Shown here in pieces: positions 58,745 through 60,569 of a stretch of 60,569 bases of DNA; the first letter of the stretch is position 1; each line of letters starts with the position of its first letter. Where the stretch lies: positions 1 to 60,569 of the forward strand of contig DATBEX010000049.1 in the NCBI GenBank assembly GCA_036558805.1, read 5' to 3'. A program made the translations under genes and the position numbers. The stretch comes from Candidatus Udaeobacter sp. (GTDB lineage Bacteria; Verrucomicrobiota; Verrucomicrobiia; Chthoniobacterales; UBA10450). The notes beneath the pieces were generated by a model. It was given only the letters and a program-made list of their open reading frames with translations, made no database searches and was not told the DNA's origin.

Positions 58745-58779
58745 GATTCGCGATTTTAGATTGGCGATTTTCGATTCAA
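58745..58779. repeat. Five tandem 7-nt GATT-phased units (GATTCGC GATTTTA GATTGGC GATTTTC GATTCAA)
   Basis: Read directly from the sequence. Lies immediately 5' of tRNA-Gln (minus strand) and upstream of the plus-strand pseudokinase gene. Confidence 0.7.
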
Positions 58780-58899
58780 GCGCAATGTCCAAAATTCACG
58801 CGTGATCGCTCCCGGCGGAGCAACTTGCTGGCAAAATCGAGGTTGAATCATCGGCCGGTGGGGCGAGTGTGATAATCTCGCTTCGCCAATCGAACGGTT

Positions 58900-60569
58900 A
58901 TGGAGCGCACAATTTTCCTTCAGCATTATCGCGTCAGTCTTGGTTCTGATGGCGAGCCAAATGAACTCGGCCGCGACGGTGCCGTGATTGCGTACGAAGC
59001 CGTCGACGAGAGATCCGGCGAGCCAGTTGCCCTGACGCTTGTTCCAACGGACAGCATAGACCCGGGCCTCCGAGAGCGATTCGAAGAACAGGCGCGCGCT
59101 GTTCAGAGGCTAAGACACGTTAATATTGCGAAGGTCTTTGATTTTGGACGCGAAGACGGAAATTACGTTTATGTCTCCGAGCGACTGCCCGGCGAAAGCC
59201 TTGCTGCGTGGGTTGCCCAACATGGACCAATGCCAGCTGACGCAGCATTGCGCGTGGCGGAACAAATCGTGAGTGTCCTCTCGTCCGCCAGTTTTCATAA
59301 GCTTCCATATCCGCCTGTTGAACCCGCGTACATTTTTGTGATGCCGGGCCAGACTCCCGAAGGTGGATGGCCGCTTGTGAAATTGACCAACTTCGGGTTG
59401 GCCGGAATGACGAGTGACGCCGAAACCCCGGCCACGATGGACGCCCCGCTTTCGGGCGGAGCCGCTGGCCTGCAACCAAAGGATGCCGCGTTAGAACATG
59501 CGACTCCCGCGGCGGGAAGTGCGAGCGCTGAATCCGTGCAACCCAAGCGAGAACATCGGACACCGGATCTAGATTCAGAGATTTATTCGCTTGGTGGAAT
59601 AATGTATTTTCTTCTCACCGGCGTTGCGCTTTCAGCCGAGACGGTACGGCATCCTCCCAAGTTTTCCGGGTTTCCAAAACCTTTGCGGAATCTGCTCGCC
59701 CGGATATTGAATCCCAACCCGGACAAACGTCCAAAGGACTTGGTCGTGCTTGGAGAGATGATTCGGAGTTGTCTGCTCAAAATTGAGCGGCGACTCTCAC
59801 TGGCCGACCGATATGGCATTCCACTCAGGACAACAGTTCCGCGGCCCACCAAGCCTCGACCGCGGCGTTTGCTGCGAACGGCATTGGCGTTTGGCGCTCT
59901 TATCGTGACTGCCGCCGTGGTTGCCGCGGTCCTGTTTCCCGAGTCAATTGGCGGAATCCTGCACCGACCCCGCGAGGCGAAATCGATCGGCGTCATCGTT
60001 GGCGTGCCCGAATCTTCGCCCACACCTGCGGCAGCCCAAAATGCTTCGACCCCTGTTGCTCCTGCGACTGTGTTGTCACAAGCCGCGAATTCAGCGCTGG
60101 CGATAGCGAATCAACCAACAGCGGACCAGGCGGCTGTTCCGAGTTCCTCTCAGACTCCAGCGACGGATTTCCAGCAAGCCCAAACATCGAATGGACAACC
60201 GCAGGTCGCCGCAACGCCGGAAGCTTTGGCGGGCGCTTCCCCGAGTGTGGTTCCGGAAGCTTCAGAGGGAAGCGAGGCTGCTACCGCATCCCCCGCAGTC
60301 TCTGAGCCTGCGCAGTCGGCTGTAACAGATCAGTCGAACTCGCGAAGTAAAAAGAAACGCGTTGCTTCGACATCGTCAGCGCGCCACGGGTCAGTCCGCG
60401 TTCGGATGGTGGGAATCACGTCCGACGGAAGACTGATTTATCGGTTGCCTTCGGGCCGCACCAGAATCGTCGCGCCCGACTCAGGGGGAACTGAATTTGC
60501 TCCGCGCAGGCATCGCCGCACTGTCATTCAGCGCGACCAAATGTTTGCTCCTCCGGCTCAATATGGGCC
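58900..60569 (+). CDS. Membrane-anchored Hanks-type Ser/Thr kinase-like pseudokinase with a Pro/Ala/Ser-rich extracytoplasmic region; runs off the right edge (partial)
   Basis: Absent from the ORF track (no stop). Hand translation from ATG 58900 is open for 556 codons: MERTIFLQHYRVSLGSDGEPNELGRDGAVIAYEAVD.. Kinase-fold landmarks are present but degenerate: VALTL for VAIK, FHKLPYPPVEP for HRDxKPxN, NFG for DFG. TM segment ALAFGALIVTAAVVAAVLF. Confidence 0.7.
   Translation, partial: MERTIFLQHYRVSLGSDGEPNELGRDGAVIAYEAVDERSGEPVALTLVPTDSIDPGLRERFEEQARAVQRLRHVNIAKVFDFGREDGNYVYVSERLPGESLAAWVAQHGPMPADAALRVAEQIVSVLSSASFHKLPYPPVEPAYIFVMPGQTPEGGWPLVKLTNFGLAGMTSDAETPATMDAPLSGGAAGLQPKDAALEHATPAAGSASAESVQPKREHRTPDLDSEIYSLGGIMYFLLTGVALSAETVRHPPKFSGFPKPLRNLLARILNPNPDKRPKDLVVLGEMIRSCLLKIERRLSLADRYGIPLRTTVPRPTKPRPRRLLRTALAFGALIVTAAVVAAVLFPESIGGILHRPREAKSIGVIVGVPESSPTPAAAQNASTPVAPATVLSQAANSALAIANQPTADQAAVPSSSQTPATDFQQAQTSNGQPQVAATPEALAGASPSVVPEASEGSEAATASPAVSEPAQSAVTDQSNSRSKKKRVASTSSARHGSVRVRMVGITSDGRLIYRLPSGRTRIVAPDSGGTEFAPRRHRRTVIQRDQMFAPPAQYG

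Noticed and set aside
59110-60214. Minus-strand ORFs 59110..59475, 59120..59563, 59583..60023 and 59993..60214
   Set aside because: They are antisense shadows of the open-ended plus-strand pseudokinase CDS and have Arg/Pro/Ser-rich nonsense composition.

Overview
This 60.6-kb window comes from a diderm bacterium. Gene content and repeat types suggest a soil Verrucomicrobia- or Acidobacteria-like lineage, but that cannot be proven here. All functional calls rest on motif recognition by eye; no BLAST, HMM or tRNA covariance searches were run.

Bases ~1973-41421 form one uninterrupted minus-strand polysaccharide locus of the Wzx/Wzy-dependent EPS or O-antigen type. It contains:
- an initiating phosphoglycosyltransferase and 8 further glycosyltransferases (GT2 x2, GT4 x3, GT9, GT8-like, CgeB-like);
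- a Wzx flippase, a Wzy/O-antigen-ligase-like polymerase, and a Wzz/Wzc-like co-polymerase with a degenerate P-loop;
- nucleotide-sugar genes: a UDP-GlcNAc-6-dehydrogenase-like enzyme, an AlgD-like dehydrogenase, two Gfo/Idh/MocA oxidoreductases, a DegT aminotransferase, a left-handed beta-helix (LbH) acetyltransferase and an SDR epimerase;
- two AsnB-like amidotransferases, one lacking the catalytic Cys, and two FemAB-fold genes;
- pyruvyl and CheR-like methyl transferases and a deacetylase-like gene;
- two paralogous secreted beta-helix proteins;
- an atypical tRNA-Thr(CGU)-like gene embedded mid-operon.

The right third is housekeeping: gmhA, a rhomboid-like gene, pckG, a 1942-aa tandem double UvrA, lgt, exbB/exbD/tonB-like genes, sufCBD and tRNA-Gln. 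A membrane pseudokinase runs off the right edge.

Two open-ended CDSs (1..1806 minus, 58900..60569 plus) are missing from the ORF track. The track uses longest ORFs with ATG/GTG/TTG starts, so several true starts lie downstream of the listed ones. I saw no CRISPR array, transposase, integrase or recognisable defence system.

Best candidates for something new:
1. The non-canonical tRNA abutting a FemAB-fold gene inside the polysaccharide operon, which may indicate tRNA-dependent aminoacyl decoration.
2. The covalent double UvrA, whose inter-unit linker carries a relic of an intergenic palindromic repeat.
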